From positions 1,440,001 to 1,504,000 of the forward strand of contig OY969934.1 in assembly GCA_963704725.1 (NCBI GenBank): a stretch of DNA of 64,000 bases. Reading direction: 5' to 3'. Under the pieces are notes generated by a model. The model saw only the letters and a program-made list of their open reading frames with translations. It did no database searches and was not told where the DNA came from. Numbering within the stretch: position 1 is the first letter of the stretch; every line of letters begins with the position of its first letter. This document shows, piece by piece, positions 1 to 15,488 of the stretch. Source of the DNA: an uncultured Actinomycetes bacterium. GTDB lineage: Bacteria; Actinomycetota; UBA4738; HRBIN12. The position numbers and the translations under genes are program-made.

Positions 1-744
1 GGCGCGGTCGCCACGATCCGGATCGACCGGCCGCCGGCGAACGCGTTCGCCCGCCCCGTGTCGCTCGAGCTGGGCGAGGCGGCGCGGGCCGTGGCCGCCG
101 ACGACGCCGTCCGATCGGTCGTGGTGTGGGGCGGCGATCGGATCTTCGGCGCGGGGGCGGACATCAAGGCGATGGTCGGGTACGGACCCGACGAGGCGGC
201 GACCGACGTGGGTGCGCTCGAGGACGCCTGCCGCGCGCTCGAGGCCGTTCCGAAGCCCGTGATCGCGGCGGTGAACGGGTTCGCGCTCGGTGGAGGCTGC
301 GAGGTCGCGCTCGCCTGCGACCTCCGCTTCGCGGCCGCCGACGCGCAGCTCGGCCTCCCCGAGATCACGCTCGGGATCATCCCCGGGGCCGGGGGCACGC
401 AGCGGCTGCCCCGGCTGATCGGTCTGGCCAGGGCGCGCGACCTCATCCTGTCCGGACGGCGGGTCGGGGCGGAGGACGCCCTCGCGATGGGCCTCGTCGA
501 CCGGGTGTTCGCGGCCCCGGACGTCTATCCGGCCGCGCTCGAGGAGGCCCGGCGGTTCGCCGACGGACCCACCACGGCGTACGCCGCCGCGAAACGGGCC
601 CTGGCCGCGGCGGGCGAGCTCTCGCTCGCGGCGGGTCTGGGGGTGGAGCGCGAGGTCTTCCTCCCGCTGTTCGCGACGCGGGACCAGAAGGAAGGCATGC
701 GGGCCTTCCTGGAGAAGCGGGATCCACGGTTCGAGGGGAGGTAG
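1..744 (+). CDS. Enoyl-CoA hydratase/isomerase (crotonase family), 5' end outside window
   Basis: Frame is open from base 1 (GAVATIRIDRPPANAF...). Motifs FGAGADI, NGFALGGGCE and PEITLGIIPGAGGTQRL. Confidence 0.93.
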   Translation, partial: GAVATIRIDRPPANAFARPVSLELGEAARAVAADDAVRSVVVWGGDRIFGAGADIKAMVGYGPDEAATDVGALEDACRALEAVPKPVIAAVNGFALGGGCEVALACDLRFAAADAQLGLPEITLGIIPGAGGTQRLPRLIGLARARDLILSGRRVGAEDALAMGLVDRVFAAPDVYPAALEEARRFADGPTTAYAAAKRALAAAGELSLAAGLGVEREVFLPLFATRDQKEGMRAFLEKRDPRFEGR

Positions 745-746
745 GC

Positions 747-1238
747 GTGAAGGTCAGGCAGGCGACGCCCGAGGATGTTCCGTCGCTCGTGGCGCTCTTC
801 CAGGAGCTCGACCGGATGCAGGCCGACTGGCGCGTGTTCACGCCTCGTCCGGGCTTCTACGACGAGGTGGGGTCGCGGTACCGCGAGGCCATGAACAGCG
901 AGGAGGCCGTGGTCCTGGTGGCCGCCGACGACGACGGCGAGGTCGTGGGGATGGCGTTCGGTGAGACACGGATCCCGTCTCGGTTCTCCGACGAACGGGC
1001 CCTCGAGCTCTCAGCCGTGGTGGTGCGGGCGGGGTATCGAGGGCGCGGCGTGGGGCGCGAGCTGGTGGAGGAGACCGCGCGCTTCGCCGGCGACCGCGGC
1101 ATCGCCTGGATCGAGCTCAAGACGTTCTCGCCCAACCGGGGAGCCATGGAGTTCTGGGAGAACCTGGGGTTCGAGCCCAGGGTGGTCCAGCTCACCACCA
1201 CCACAGGTGACCTGCTCGAACGCCTTTCCGAGGGCTGA
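747..1238 (+). CDS. GNAT family N-acetyltransferase
   Basis: GTG at 747 just after the upstream stop; VKVRQATPED start; acetyl-CoA motif YRGRGVG; C-terminal NRGAMEFWENLGF. Confidence 0.88.
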   Translation: MKVRQATPEDVPSLVALFQELDRMQADWRVFTPRPGFYDEVGSRYREAMNSEEAVVLVAADDDGEVVGMAFGETRIPSRFSDERALELSAVVVRAGYRGRGVGRELVEETARFAGDRGIAWIELKTFSPNRGAMEFWENLGFEPRVVQLTTTTGDLLERLSEG

Positions 1239-1283
1239 TCCGCGCCCCGCCGGCGGCTGCTCCGGCCTTCGACCGCCCCCTCG

Positions 1284-1309
1284 GGAACGAACCGGGTCCC
1301 CGGTTGGTT
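1284..1309 (+). promoter_or_regulatory. Possible ECF sigma (SigR/SigH-like) promoter GGAAC-N18-GTT
   Basis: GGAAC 1284-1288 and GTT 1307-1309, about 60 nt upstream of the small gene at 1370. Confidence 0.3.
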
Positions 1310-1369
1310 CGAATACCTGACGACCCGCGGCGACCTCGCGGGTCCGTGTGGGGAACCGAGGAGCGTGCG

Positions 1370-1579
1370 ATGGCAGAGTCGGCATACCGCGGAGCCCGCG
1401 TCCGCGAGCTCCCTCGGGCCAACCGAACCTACCCCGGCGGCCGGACGTGCTCGGCCGAGGGCTGCGCCACCAAGCTGTCGATCTACAACAAGTGGGACTA
1501 CTGCTGGCAGCACGAGCCGGTGCACGAGTACATCTCCCGCGGCAAGCGGCGCAGCCGCAAGGAGATGGAGGCGGCGTAG
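1370..1579 (+). CDS. Small basic hypothetical protein with C-x4-C-x12-C-x2-H putative zinc site
   Basis: GAGGAG SD before ATG 1370; GC-rich third codon positions; RTCSAEGCATKLSIYNKWDYCWQH; followed by a hairpin. Confidence 0.8.
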   Translation: MAESAYRGARVRELPRANRTYPGGRTCSAEGCATKLSIYNKWDYCWQHEPVHEYISRGKRRSRKEMEAA

Positions 1580-1613
1580 CCCACGGTCGCGAGAACGCGA
1601 CCAGGATCGTCCC

Positions 1614-1644
1614 CCGGAAGCCCCCCTCGGCGGGGGGCTTCCGG
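1614..1644. terminator. 13-bp GC-rich stem-loop, probable intrinsic terminator
   Basis: CCGGAAGCCCCCC-TCGGC-GGGGGGCTTCCGG, a perfect inverted repeat downstream of the 1370-1579 gene. Confidence 0.7.
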
Positions 1645-1729
1645 CCTAAGGAGAAGGTCTCGTCAAGGATCGGTGCGGCGTTCCCGACAACCTGGGAGAG
1701 ACCGCTCCCCCCGACCGAGCGGGCCGGCC

Positions 1730-1906
1730 ATGCCGCAAGATCTCGACGGTGGACCCGAGATGCGTGAGGCCGAGTGTCCGTTCTGCGAGCAGGTGGTCCT
1801 CGTGTACGAGGAGCCGCCGCGCTGCCCGTTCTGTGCGTGCCCGCTGGACGAGGACCGGATGCGCACCTACATCTGGCCCGACGAGGAGCCCTCGCCCTCG
1901 GAGTGA
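1730..1906 (+). CDS. Small zinc-ribbon protein (CPFC-x12-CPFC); alternative start 1760
   Basis: Two CxxC motifs and typical codon bias. Confidence 0.65.
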   Translation: MPQDLDGGPEMREAECPFCEQVVLVYEEPPRCPFCACPLDEDRMRTYIWPDEEPSPSE

Positions 1907-2121
1907 TCGCCGGCCAGTACCGCCTGGGCGATCGCCTTCGCCTCCGGCAATCGCTCCCGATCGACGAACAGCCGGACGCCGTGCTCCCAGATCTGGCTGA
2001 GGAACCCCGGCGCCTTGTACCACCACACGATCCCCGCGGCCTCGAGGCGGGCCGCGATGGCCTCGGCGTGCTCGTGCGTGTACTGCCCGAGGTGCACGGT
2101 GTGCACGTCCCGGTCCGTCAT
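1867..2121 (-). CDS. Small hypothetical protein, DUF2007/putative signal-transducing-like
   Basis: ATG overlaps the pabB stop (ATGA); pattern AEAIAARLEAAGI...VRLFVDRERLPEAKAI. Confidence 0.7.
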   Translation of the reverse strand: MTDRDVHTVHLGQYTHEHAEAIAARLEAAGIVWWYKAPGFLSQIWEHGVRLFVDRERLPEAKAIAQAVLAGDHSEGEGSSSGQM

Positions 2122-3893
2122 GGCACCAGGATGCCGGGACGCCATCCTCGGATCGAGCTGACCAGGGCGACCTCCTCCGCTCCTTCGAGCTCGGCGATCG
2201 TCACCGGGCGCTCGGCGAGCGCGCCCTCCCGGACCAGCGCCGTTCGGTAGGAGCCCGGGAGGAGTCCCGCGTCGAGCGGCGGCGTGACCCATCGTCCCCC
2301 GATCCGAACGGCCAGGTTCGCGATCGTCGACTCGGTCGCCTCGCCGCGGGCGTTCACGAGGATCACGTCGTCGACGTCCGGCCGGCGCTCGCGCCGCCGG
2401 TCGTATGGGGCGCGCCTCGTGGTCTTGTGGAACAGCCAGACGTCGCGGGGGTCGACCGGATCGTCGTCCAGGGCCAGACGGAGGGGACGGTCTGTGGCCT
2501 TCGGGAGCTCGGCGAGCTCCACGGCGATCCGGCCCTCCCGGCCCAGCGTGAGCCGCACGCGGACCGGTCCGCCGCCCCCGTCGGCCACCGCCCCCTTCAT
2601 CGCGGCCACGGCAGCCTCCGGGTCGAAGCGGAACCCGAAGTACCGGGCGGACGCCTCGAGGCGCTCGAGGTGCTCGGGCAGGTGACGGAACCCCTCCCCC
2701 GGATCGTGGCGGAGGGCCTCGAACAGCTCGAACCGCGGACGCGCCGCCGTCAGCACCCGCGCCTTCGCCCGCACCTCGTCGTGCTCGAGGTCGGCGGACG
2801 AGTCGAACGTGATGCCGCCGCCAACCCCGTACTCCGCCTCCCTCGAGGACGAGTCCACCACTACGGTGCGGATCGCCACGCTGAAGATCGCGCGCGGCTC
2901 GCCGGAGGCGGGCGGCGCGAGGAGGCCGATCGCGCCGCAGTACACACCGCGGGCCGAGTCCTCGAGGTCGCGGATGATCCGCATCGTGCTGACCTTGGGC
3001 GCCCCGGTGACGGAGCCGCTCGGGAACAGGGCGCGGAACATCTCCACGAGCGGGGTGCCCGCGACGAGGTCCGCCGACACCGTCGAGGTGAGCTGCCACA
3101 CGGTCTCGAAGCGCTCGGGCTCGAACATCCCCGTGACCTCGACCGAGCCCGGCCTCGCGACCCGCCCGAGATCGCTGCGGATGAGGTCGACGATCATCGC
3201 GTTCTCGGCGCGGTCCTTCGGCGACGCGACGAGTGCCGCCGCCGCCCGCTCGTCCTCCGCGAGCCAGCGACCGCGCGCGGCCGTTCCCTTCATCGGCCGC
3301 ATGGTGATCCGGTCGCCGTCCACGCGGAAGAAAAGCTCGGGGGACGCCGAGAGCACGCCGAACCGCCCCGCGCCGAGGTGGGCCGCGAACGCGCCCCGCT
3401 GGGCGAGCGCGAGGTCGCGGTACAGACCGCGAGGATCGCCGGCGATCCTGGCGCGGAGCCGGATGGTGTGGTTCACCTGGTACGTCTCGCCGGCCGCCAC
3501 GAGCTCGTGGATCCCGGCGATCGCCTCGTCGTATCCGGCGCGCCCGACCGACGGCTGCCACGCCGACCCGTTCTCCGGCGGCTCGGTCGCGGGTGGCTCG
3601 AGGCCGGCTACGGACTCCCGGCCCTCGAACAGGGCGAACCACGCGAGCGGCAGGTCGTGGAACGGATCCGCGGGCGATCGTTCGCGCACGGTCAGCGCCG
3701 GATCGAGCCCCGGTGCCGCCTCGTAAGCCACGAATCCGGCCACCCACAGGCCGCGCGCCGCCGCGGCCTCGGCCGCGTCGATCAGCCCGGCGACCTCCTG
3801 CGGACGGCGGGCCTCGAGGACGCCCACGGGTCCGACGAGGCGGAACGCCCGCTCCGCGCCCGGGGTGAGGTCGTCGAACCTCGCCTCGATCAT
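2118..3893 (-). CDS. pabB: Aminodeoxychorismate synthase component I fused to a class IV aminotransferase/ADC lyase domain
   Basis: [52 protein letters not shown]; C-terminal HKTT...GLLPG. Confidence 0.92.
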   Translation of the reverse strand: MIEARFDDLTPGAERAFRLVGPVGVLEARRPQEVAGLIDAAEAAAARGLWVAGFVAYEAAPGLDPALTVRERSPADPFHDLPLAWFALFEGRESVAGLEPPATEPPENGSAWQPSVGRAGYDEAIAGIHELVAAGETYQVNHTIRLRARIAGDPRGLYRDLALAQRGAFAAHLGAGRFGVLSASPELFFRVDGDRITMRPMKGTAARGRWLAEDERAAAALVASPKDRAENAMIVDLIRSDLGRVARPGSVEVTGMFEPERFETVWQLTSTVSADLVAGTPLVEMFRALFPSGSVTGAPKVSTMRIIRDLEDSARGVYCGAIGLLAPPASGEPRAIFSVAIRTVVVDSSSREAEYGVGGGITFDSSADLEHDEVRAKARVLTAARPRFELFEALRHDPGEGFRHLPEHLERLEASARYFGFRFDPEAAVAAMKGAVADGGGGPVRVRLTLGREGRIAVELAELPKATDRPLRLALDDDPVDPRDVWLFHKTTRRAPYDRRRERRPDVDDVILVNARGEATESTIANLAVRIGGRWVTPPLDAGLLPGSYRTALVREGALAERPVTIAELEGAEEVALVSSIRGWRPGILVP

Positions 3894-3915
3894 CGGTCCT
3901 CCGTGGGAGCGCGCG

Positions 3916-4875
3916 TCAGCCGGTGCGGCCGCGGATCTCCTCGATGAGCTGCGGCACGACGACGAGGGCGTCGCCGACGATGCCGAGGTCGGCCATCCGG
4001 AAGATCGGGGCGTCCGGGTCCTTGTTGATGGCGACGATCCGCTTCGAGGACTTCATCCCCACCACGTGTTGGGTCGCGCCGCTGATGCCCACGGCGATGT
4101 ACACCTCGGGGCGGACCGACTTGCCGGTCTGCCCGATCTGGTAGCTGTACGGAACCCACCCGGCGTCGACCACGGCCCGGCTCCCACCCACGGCAGCCCC
4201 GCCGATCGCCGCGGCGAGCCGGTCCAGCAGCGCGAAGTTCGCCGGCTCCTGCAGCCCGCGGCCCCCGGCGATCACGACCTTGGCCTCCTCGAGCTTCGGC
4301 CCGGCCGCGGCCTCCTCGTGACGCTCGACCCGCCGGGCCGCACGGAGGTCGGGGGGGATCTCGACGTGGACCGGCACGAGGGTGGCGGCGCCGCCCACGC
4401 GCTCGGCCGGGAACGACTTGGGCCGGACCAGCACCAGCGTCGGCGCGGGCCCCTCGAGGGCCACGTCGACGATCCGGCTGCCGCCGAAGATCTGGGTCTG
4501 GGCCTGCGCCGGGCCGGACAGATCTGTGGCGTTGCTCATCAGCGCGCAGCCGAGCCGGGCCTGGAGGCGGCCGGCCACGTCGCGCCCGTCGTGGCTGGTG
4601 GAGAAGAGGATCACGTCGGGGCCGTGCTCGCGCGCGAGCGCCTCGAGCGCGTGGGCCTGGGGCCGGCCCAGTCCCTCGTCGTACGCGGGATCCTCGCTGG
4701 CGTAGACGGTCCCCGCTCCGTGGGCGCCGAGCTCGTCCGCGGCGCCCGTCGCCCCGGGGCCGAGGGCCACCGCGGCCACGACGTCGGCGAACGCGCGGGC
4801 CTTCGTCAGGAGCTCGAGCGCGGACGTCCTCGGCCCGCCGGTCCCGATCTCCGCGTAGACCCAGGCGGTCGTCAC
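3916..4875 (-). CDS. etfA: Electron transfer flavoprotein alpha subunit
   Basis: [44 protein letters not shown]. Confidence 0.95.
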   Translation of the reverse strand: MTTAWVYAEIGTGGPRTSALELLTKARAFADVVAAVALGPGATGAADELGAHGAGTVYASEDPAYDEGLGRPQAHALEALAREHGPDVILFSTSHDGRDVAGRLQARLGCALMSNATDLSGPAQAQTQIFGGSRIVDVALEGPAPTLVLVRPKSFPAERVGGAATLVPVHVEIPPDLRAARRVERHEEAAAGPKLEEAKVVIAGGRGLQEPANFALLDRLAAAIGGAAVGGSRAVVDAGWVPYSYQIGQTGKSVRPEVYIAVGISGATQHVVGMKSSKRIVAINKDPDAPIFRMADLGIVGDALVVVPQLIEEIRGRTG

Positions 4876-4876
4876 G

Positions 4877-5644
4877 TCAGATCACCTTCGCCTCGGCCAG
4901 GACGTCGGCCAGGCGCCGCACGGCGTCGACGCCGGCGGGCAGGATCTCCCCGGCGCCCTTCTCGGGCGCCCGCGCCGCGCCGGTCACCCGCTGCGTGGGC
5001 GAGACGTCGGCGGGCGTCAGCCCGAGGTCGGCCAGCGCGAGCTGCTCGAGGGGCTTCGTCTTGGCCGACATGATTCCCTTCAGGGTGGGGTACCGGGGCT
5101 CGGCGGCGCTCCCCGTGACGGTGGCGAGCGCCGGGAGCGGGCATTCCACGACGTCGTACCCCTCCTCGGTGAGGCGCTCGATGCGCAGCGTCGTCCCGTC
5201 GAGCTCGAGCCTCCGCGCGAACGTCGCGCTCGGCACGCCGAGGAGCTCGGCCACCGTCATGGGGAGCGTGCCCGTCGAGCCGTCGGTGGACTCGGCGCCG
5301 GCGAGGACGAGGTCGAACGACCTCCGCCCGACCGCCGCGGCCAGCACCCGCGCGGTGGCGAGGGCGTCGGCGCCGCGAAGCACGGCGTCGGACACGAGGA
5401 CGCCACCGTGCGCGCCCATCGACAGGCCCCGCCGGATGGCCGAGGCCGCGACCTCCGGGCCCATCGAGACGAGCGTGACCTCGCCGCCGTGCGCCTCGAC
5501 GAGCTGCAGGGCCGCCTCCACCGCGTACTCGTCGCCCGGGTCGAGCCCACCCTCGACGCCTTCGCGGATCAGCAGGAGGTCGTCGCCGAGAGATGGCGTG
5601 CCCTGCGGCTCGGGCACGTACTTGACCAGGACCACGACCTGCAC
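4877..5644 (-). CDS. etfB: Electron transfer flavoprotein beta subunit
   Basis: GTG start VQVVVLVKYVP; DEYAVEAAL, SMGP, PRYPTLKGIM; directly upstream of etfA. Confidence 0.93.
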   Translation of the reverse strand: MQVVVLVKYVPEPQGTPSLGDDLLLIREGVEGGLDPGDEYAVEAALQLVEAHGGEVTLVSMGPEVAASAIRRGLSMGAHGGVLVSDAVLRGADALATARVLAAAVGRRSFDLVLAGAESTDGSTGTLPMTVAELLGVPSATFARRLELDGTTLRIERLTEEGYDVVECPLPALATVTGSAAEPRYPTLKGIMSAKTKPLEQLALADLGLTPADVSPTQRVTGAARAPEKGAGEILPAGVDAVRRLADVLAEAKVI

Positions 5645-5743
5645 CGGCTCGACCCTCGCTCCCGACGACTGCGGCGAGGATACCCGCCGGGTGCGCTCCG
5701 CGGCCGCCCGGTGGGTCGTCCGGCGTGCCGTAGCATCGTCGCG

Positions 5744-6817
5744 ATGTCCGGACCCGGATCCGTGCTCGTCGCGATGTCCGGCGGGGTCGACTCGTCGGTC
5801 GCCGCGTGCCTGCTCCTCGAGCAGGGCTACGACGTCGTGGGCTCCCACATGCGGCTCGTGCACCTCGAGGGCGTCGAGCACGGGTGCTGCGGCCCCGCCG
5901 CGCGCGCCGACGCGGAGGTCGTCGCCCGGATCGCGGGGATCCCCTTCGAGATCGCCGACATGACCGTGGAGTTCGACGCGGCGGTGATCAACGACTTCGT
6001 GGCCGAGCACGAGGCGGGACGAACGCCGAACCCCTGCGCGCGGTGCAACGCCGAGATCAAGTTCGGCGCGTTCCTGCGGCGAGCAGAGGAGCTCGGCGTC
6101 GACTTCGTGGCTACGGGCCACTACGTCCGGAGCTCACGCGACGAACACGGCGCCCGGCACCTGCTTCGGGGCGTGGACGCGAGCAAGGACCAGTCGTACA
6201 TGCTCCACATGCTCGGCCAGCGCGAGCTGGCCCGGTCGCTGTTCCCGCTGGGAGCCCTGGCGAAGGCCGAGACGCGAGCGCTCGCCGAGCGGTTCGCCCT
6301 TCCCGTGGCCGCGAAGCCCGACTCGCAGGAGCTGTGCTTCGCGCCGAGCGGGGACGCCGGGGCGTTCCTCCGCGGGATCGCCCCCCACCTGATGCGCGAG
6401 GGCGAGATCGTCGATCCGGACGGGCGCGTGCTCGCGACGCATCCCGGCGCCGCCGCGTTCACCGTGGGGCAGCGCCGGGGGCTCGGCGTTTCGGCGCCCG
6501 AGCCCCGGTACGTCCTCGAGGTGGACGCGGCTGCGAACCGAGTGGTCGTTGGGCCCGGCGAGCTGCTGGCGCGTCGCGGGCTGGTGGCCGACCGCGCCCA
6601 CTGGGTCTCGGGCGAGCCGCCCGCCGGGCCGTTCGAGGCGGAGGTTCGCCTTCGGTATCGGGGGGACGACGTCCCCGCCGTGGTCGAGGCCAGGGGCGAG
6701 CGCCTCCGCGTCGAGCTCCGGACCCCGCAGCGCGGCGTCGCCCCCGGACAGAGCGTGGTCGTCTACCGGGGCGACGAGATGCTCGGCGGCGCCCGCATCG
6801 TCGAGTCGATCCGCTGA
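5744..6817 (+). CDS. mnmA: tRNA 2-thiouridylase MnmA
   Basis: AMSGGVDSS PP-loop, TPNPCARCNAEIKF, ATGHY, KDQSY, FTVGQRRGLG, PGQSVV. Confidence 0.96.
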   Translation: MSGPGSVLVAMSGGVDSSVAACLLLEQGYDVVGSHMRLVHLEGVEHGCCGPAARADAEVVARIAGIPFEIADMTVEFDAAVINDFVAEHEAGRTPNPCARCNAEIKFGAFLRRAEELGVDFVATGHYVRSSRDEHGARHLLRGVDASKDQSYMLHMLGQRELARSLFPLGALAKAETRALAERFALPVAAKPDSQELCFAPSGDAGAFLRGIAPHLMREGEIVDPDGRVLATHPGAAAFTVGQRRGLGVSAPEPRYVLEVDAAANRVVVGPGELLARRGLVADRAHWVSGEPPAGPFEAEVRLRYRGDDVPAVVEARGERLRVELRTPQRGVAPGQSVVVYRGDEMLGGARIVESIR

Positions 6818-6935
6818 CGCCGCCGGGTTGCGGCGGCCGAGCGGGGCCGCCTACGCTCCCCGTCCGCGGCGCCCGAGCCGGGCTCCCGGGGAGGGTCTCG
6901 GGGCAAGGCTAGTATCAGGCTCCGGGAACGGGTGA

Positions 6936-11661
<4,726 letters not shown>

Positions 11662-11665
<4 letters not shown>

Positions 11666-13188
11666 GCGAGGTGCGCGCCTCCGACCGCGAGATCGTCGCC
11701 GTCCGGAACCTGCTGCGATCGATGTCCTCGGGACGCCAGGCGTTCGCGCTCTACCCGGCCGGGCACCCCAAGCGGGTAGAGGCGTCTCGGGCGTTGCTCG
11801 ACCTCGTCCGCAAGCTCCGCGAGGAGCGCGCCGGGGACCCCGTCCTGTTCGCGACCGACGGCAACTTCTACCTCGGGCCGACGCTGCTGGCGTGGGAGAC
11901 CCTCACGCTGTACGGGCTCGCCCACGCCTTCGCCGAGGCCGGCGTCCAATCGCTCGAGTTCCTGCCGGGTCCCGGCGAGGCCGACATGGACGCCCTGTTC
12001 CGGCTCCTGTCCGGGGAGCCGGACGCGCGGGCGGAGCTGCACACGGTGAGCGTGAACCGGGCGGGTCCCGCGGCGGCCGAGCCCTCCGTCGAGGCCACGA
12101 TGACGGAGTTGCTGCAGAGCTACGCGGCCGGCCTGGACCTGCTGCGGCAGACGGCGGCCCGGGTGCTCGCCGGGCGCCCGGCCGACATGGACGCGACGGT
12201 CCGCTTGACCGAGCACATCGCCGACCTCATCGCCTCCGATCCCGGACAGGCCCTGCTGCTGACGACGGTGAAGTCGTACGACGAGTACACGTACCACCAC
12301 ATGGTCAACGTGTGCATCCTCTCGCTGGCCCTGGCCCGGGCCATCGGGCTCTCGCGCGAGCACGCGATCGCGCTCGGCATCGGCGGGCTGCTGCACGACG
12401 TCGGCAAGGTCAAGGTCCCGGCCGACATCCTCCAGCACGACGGCGCGCTGGACGAGGAGCAGTGGCGGATCATCCAGCGCCATCCGGTCGACGGCGCCGG
12501 ACTGGTGCTGATCACCAGCCGCAACGCCTACCACCCGGCGGTTGCCACCGTGCTCGAGCACCACGCTGCGTACGACGGCTCGGGGTATCCGACCCTGTCG
12601 GGACGGCGCTCGCCGTCGCTGCCCGCGCGGATCGTCGCCGTGGCCGACTGCTTCGACGCCGTGACGAGCAAGCGCTCCTACCGTAAGCCGGAGGAGCGCC
12701 GCCAGGCGCTCAGCCTGCTGCAGGCCGGCGCGGGGCGGTCGTTCGACCCGCGGGTGGTCCGCACGTTCGTCCGGATGGTGGGGATCTTCCCGGTCGGGTC
12801 GCTCGTCCGCCTGTCGAGCGGCGAGGTGGCGGTCGTGGTGCGCAACCACGAGCGTCTCCTGGCCCGGCCCATCGTCCAGCTCGTGCTGGACCGGGAGGGC
12901 CGCGAGGTCCGGGGCGAAGAGGCCGACCTCGCCGAGACGAACGAGGCCGGCGCGTTCCTTCGGACCGTGATCCGCAGCGTCGATCCCGTCGAGGTCGGCA
13001 TCGACATGCTCTCCCTCCTCGCGTCGAACCGCTTCGACATCCCGCCGCCGGAGGACACCGGGCCGGGGCTGGTCCACGAGCCGGCGCCGACCGAGACCCC
13101 GCCCGACGGCTACGTCGAGGCCCACGGGGTCGCGCACCTCGACGACCTGCCGATCGATCCCGACGCGGGCCCGGCGCCACAGGAGTGA
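11662..13188 (+). CDS. HD-GYP domain phosphodiesterase
   Basis: DEYTYHH, LLHDVGK, HHAAYDGSGYP, VADCFDAVTSKRSYR; ATGA-coupled to the HEAT gene. Confidence 0.9.
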
Positions 13189-13207
13189 GCCACTAGACTG
13201 ACCGGCC

Positions 13208-13498
13208 ATGCCGGTCGAGATCGACATCGAGCACGTCGCGAAGCTGGCGCGCCTGGAGTTGACCCCCGAGGAGCGCTCGAGGCTGCACGACCAGCTCGGC
13301 GCGATCCTGGAGCATGCCGCGAAGGTCGGCGAGGTGGCGGCGGACGACGTCCCGCCCACCGCCTACGCCATCCCCCGCGTGAACGTCCTGCGGCCCGACG
13401 AGCGCGCGGAGTCGTTGTCGCTCGCCGACGTCCTCGCGAACGCGCCCGAGCCCGAGGACGACCGGTTCAGGGTGCCGCGGATCGTGGAGGTCGAGTGA
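13208..13498 (+). CDS. gatC: Asp/Glu-tRNA amidotransferase subunit C
   Basis: [27 protein letters not shown]. Confidence 0.95.
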   Translation: MPVEIDIEHVAKLARLELTPEERSRLHDQLGAILEHAAKVGEVAADDVPPTAYAIPRVNVLRPDERAESLSLADVLANAPEPEDDRFRVPRIVEVE

Positions 13499-14967
13499 CC
13501 GAGCTCTGCGATCGCACGGCGACCGAGCTCATCGTCGGGCTCGACGCGGGTGAGATCTCGAGCGCGGAGATCACCGCGTCGTGCCTGGCTCGGATCGACG
13601 CCGTCGACGAGCGCGTGCACGCGTTCCTGGCGCGGACCGACGATCTGGCCCGGGAGCAGGCGGCGGCGGCGGACTCGCGGCGCTCGACGGGCTCGACGCC
13701 GCCGGTCACGGGGATCCCGATCGCGCTCAAGGACGTGCTGTCGACCCGCGGCGTCCGGACGACGTGCGGGTCGAAGATCCTCGAGAGCTACGTGCCGCCC
13801 TACGACTGCACGGCGTGGGACCGGCTGCGGGCGGACGGCGTGGTGCTGCTCGGCAAGACCAACTGCGACGAGTTCGCGATGGGCTCCTCGAACGAGAACT
13901 CCGCGTTCGGCCCGGTGCACAACCCGTGGGACTTCGACACCGTGCCGGGCGGCTCGAGCGGCGGGAGCGCCGCGGCCGTCGCCGCCGGCGAGGCCGTGTG
14001 GGCCCTGGGAACCGACACCGGCGGATCGGTGCGGCAGCCGGCGTCGCTGTGCGGCGTCGTCGGGCTCAAGCCCACGTACGGGCTCATCAGCCGGTACGGG
14101 CTCATCGCGTTCGCCTCGTCGCTCGACACCGTCGGCACGTTCACCCGGTGCGTCCGCGACGCCGCCCTGCTGCTCTCACGGATCGCCGGCAAGGACCCCA
14201 TGGACGCGACGAGCCTGGAAACGCCGCGGCGCGACTACGCGGAGGCGATCGACGCGGGGGTCGCGGGACTGCGGTTCGGCATCGTGCGCGAGGCGTTCGG
14301 CGAGGGAGTGGAGCCCGGGGTCCGTTCGAGCGTGCGGGCGGCGATCGACCGGCTGTCGGGTCTCGGGGCGTCCGTGGGCGAGGTGTCGCTCCCGCACGTC
14401 GACTACGCGCTCTCCGCCTACTACCTGATCGCGCCGTCCGAGGCTTCGTCCAACCTTGCCCGCTACGACGGGGTGCGGTACGGGCTCCGCGTCCCGGGCG
14501 GCGATTCGGTCGAGATGATGACGAGGACGCGAGGCGCCGGGTTCGGTCCCGAGGTGAAGCGCCGGATCATGCTCGGCACGTACGCGCTGTCGGCCGGGTA
14601 CTACGAGGCGTACTACGGCCAGGCCCAGAAGGTCCGCACGCTGATCATCCGCGACTACGAGTCCGCGTTCGCCGAGTTCGACGTGCTCGTCTCGCCGACG
14701 TCGCCGACCACCGCGTTCCCCATCGGTGCGAAGATCGACGACCCGCTCGCGATGTACCTGAACGACGTCTTCACGATCCCGGCCAACCTGTCGGGGATGC
14801 CGTCGATGTCCATCCCCAGCGGCCTGGACTTGCGGGGCCTCCCCGTAGGGTTGCAGCTCACGGCGCCGGTGCTCCAGGAGGATCGGCTGCTGCGCGCGGC
14901 CTTCGCGCTCGAGCAGGCGATCGGGTTCGACGCGCGGCCCCCGCTCGTGGTCGACGCCGCGGCCTAG
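13495..14967 (+). CDS. gatA: Asp/Glu-tRNA amidotransferase subunit A
   Basis: [51 protein letters not shown]. Confidence 0.97.
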   Translation: MTELCDRTATELIVGLDAGEISSAEITASCLARIDAVDERVHAFLARTDDLAREQAAAADSRRSTGSTPPVTGIPIALKDVLSTRGVRTTCGSKILESYVPPYDCTAWDRLRADGVVLLGKTNCDEFAMGSSNENSAFGPVHNPWDFDTVPGGSSGGSAAAVAAGEAVWALGTDTGGSVRQPASLCGVVGLKPTYGLISRYGLIAFASSLDTVGTFTRCVRDAALLLSRIAGKDPMDATSLETPRRDYAEAIDAGVAGLRFGIVREAFGEGVEPGVRSSVRAAIDRLSGLGASVGEVSLPHVDYALSAYYLIAPSEASSNLARYDGVRYGLRVPGGDSVEMMTRTRGAGFGPEVKRRIMLGTYALSAGYYEAYYGQAQKVRTLIIRDYESAFAEFDVLVSPTSPTTAFPIGAKIDDPLAMYLNDVFTIPANLSGMPSMSIPSGLDLRGLPVGLQLTAPVLQEDRLLRAAFALEQAIGFDARPPLVVDAAA

Positions 14968-14969
14968 CC

Positions 14970-15449
14970 TCACTCCGAGCGGGGCACCTCGAGCAGCGGG
15001 CCGCGAGCTCGCAGAGCGGCCTCGATCTCGTCGAGATGCTCGCCGCGGTGCTCCCAGCGGCCCGCGGAGATCGGGCTGTCGGGGTCGCGAGGGTACATCC
15101 GGTCGAGCGGCAGCTCCGCCACGCGCGCGTCGGTCTGCTCGGCGACCTGCAGTGCGAGCTCGGCGGCGTCCCTGGGCTGGATGGCGTGGATCAGCGGACG
15201 GGTCGAGTCGTTGAGCCAGTCCCCCTCGGGCTCGGCGTCTCCCGGCGCCCATGGTTCGCCACGATCGATCTTCTCGGCGAGGACGAGAACGCGGATGTCC
15301 CAATACGCGATGTGTCCGAGAACGCCGGCGACGGTCCAGAACTCGTTCACGGGAGCGGTGAGGGTCTCCTCGTCCAGCCCCTCGACGAGTGCACGCATGC
15401 GCTCTCGCTCGCGGGTGTTCGCATCGACGTGGGAGCGATCGTCAGCCAT
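14970..15449 (-). CDS. DinB/maleylpyruvate isomerase N-terminal family protein
   Basis: WTVAGVLGHIAYWD and EHRGEH metal-binding histidines; TAAGAT -10 6 nt before ATG. Confidence 0.8.
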   Translation of the reverse strand: MADDRSHVDANTRERERMRALVEGLDEETLTAPVNEFWTVAGVLGHIAYWDIRVLVLAEKIDRGEPWAPGDAEPEGDWLNDSTRPLIHAIQPRDAAELALQVAEQTDARVAELPLDRMYPRDPDSPISAGRWEHRGEHLDEIEAALRARGPLLEVPRSE

Positions 15450-15488
15450 GCACGGATCTTACGCACCACCGCCGACACGCCCACGTCG

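Noticed and set aside
5736-5781. 16-bp direct repeat TCGTCGCGATGTCCGG at the mnmA start
   Set aside because: Two copies only, the second encoding the conserved VAMSG motif; no sign of a CRISPR repeat or target-site duplication.
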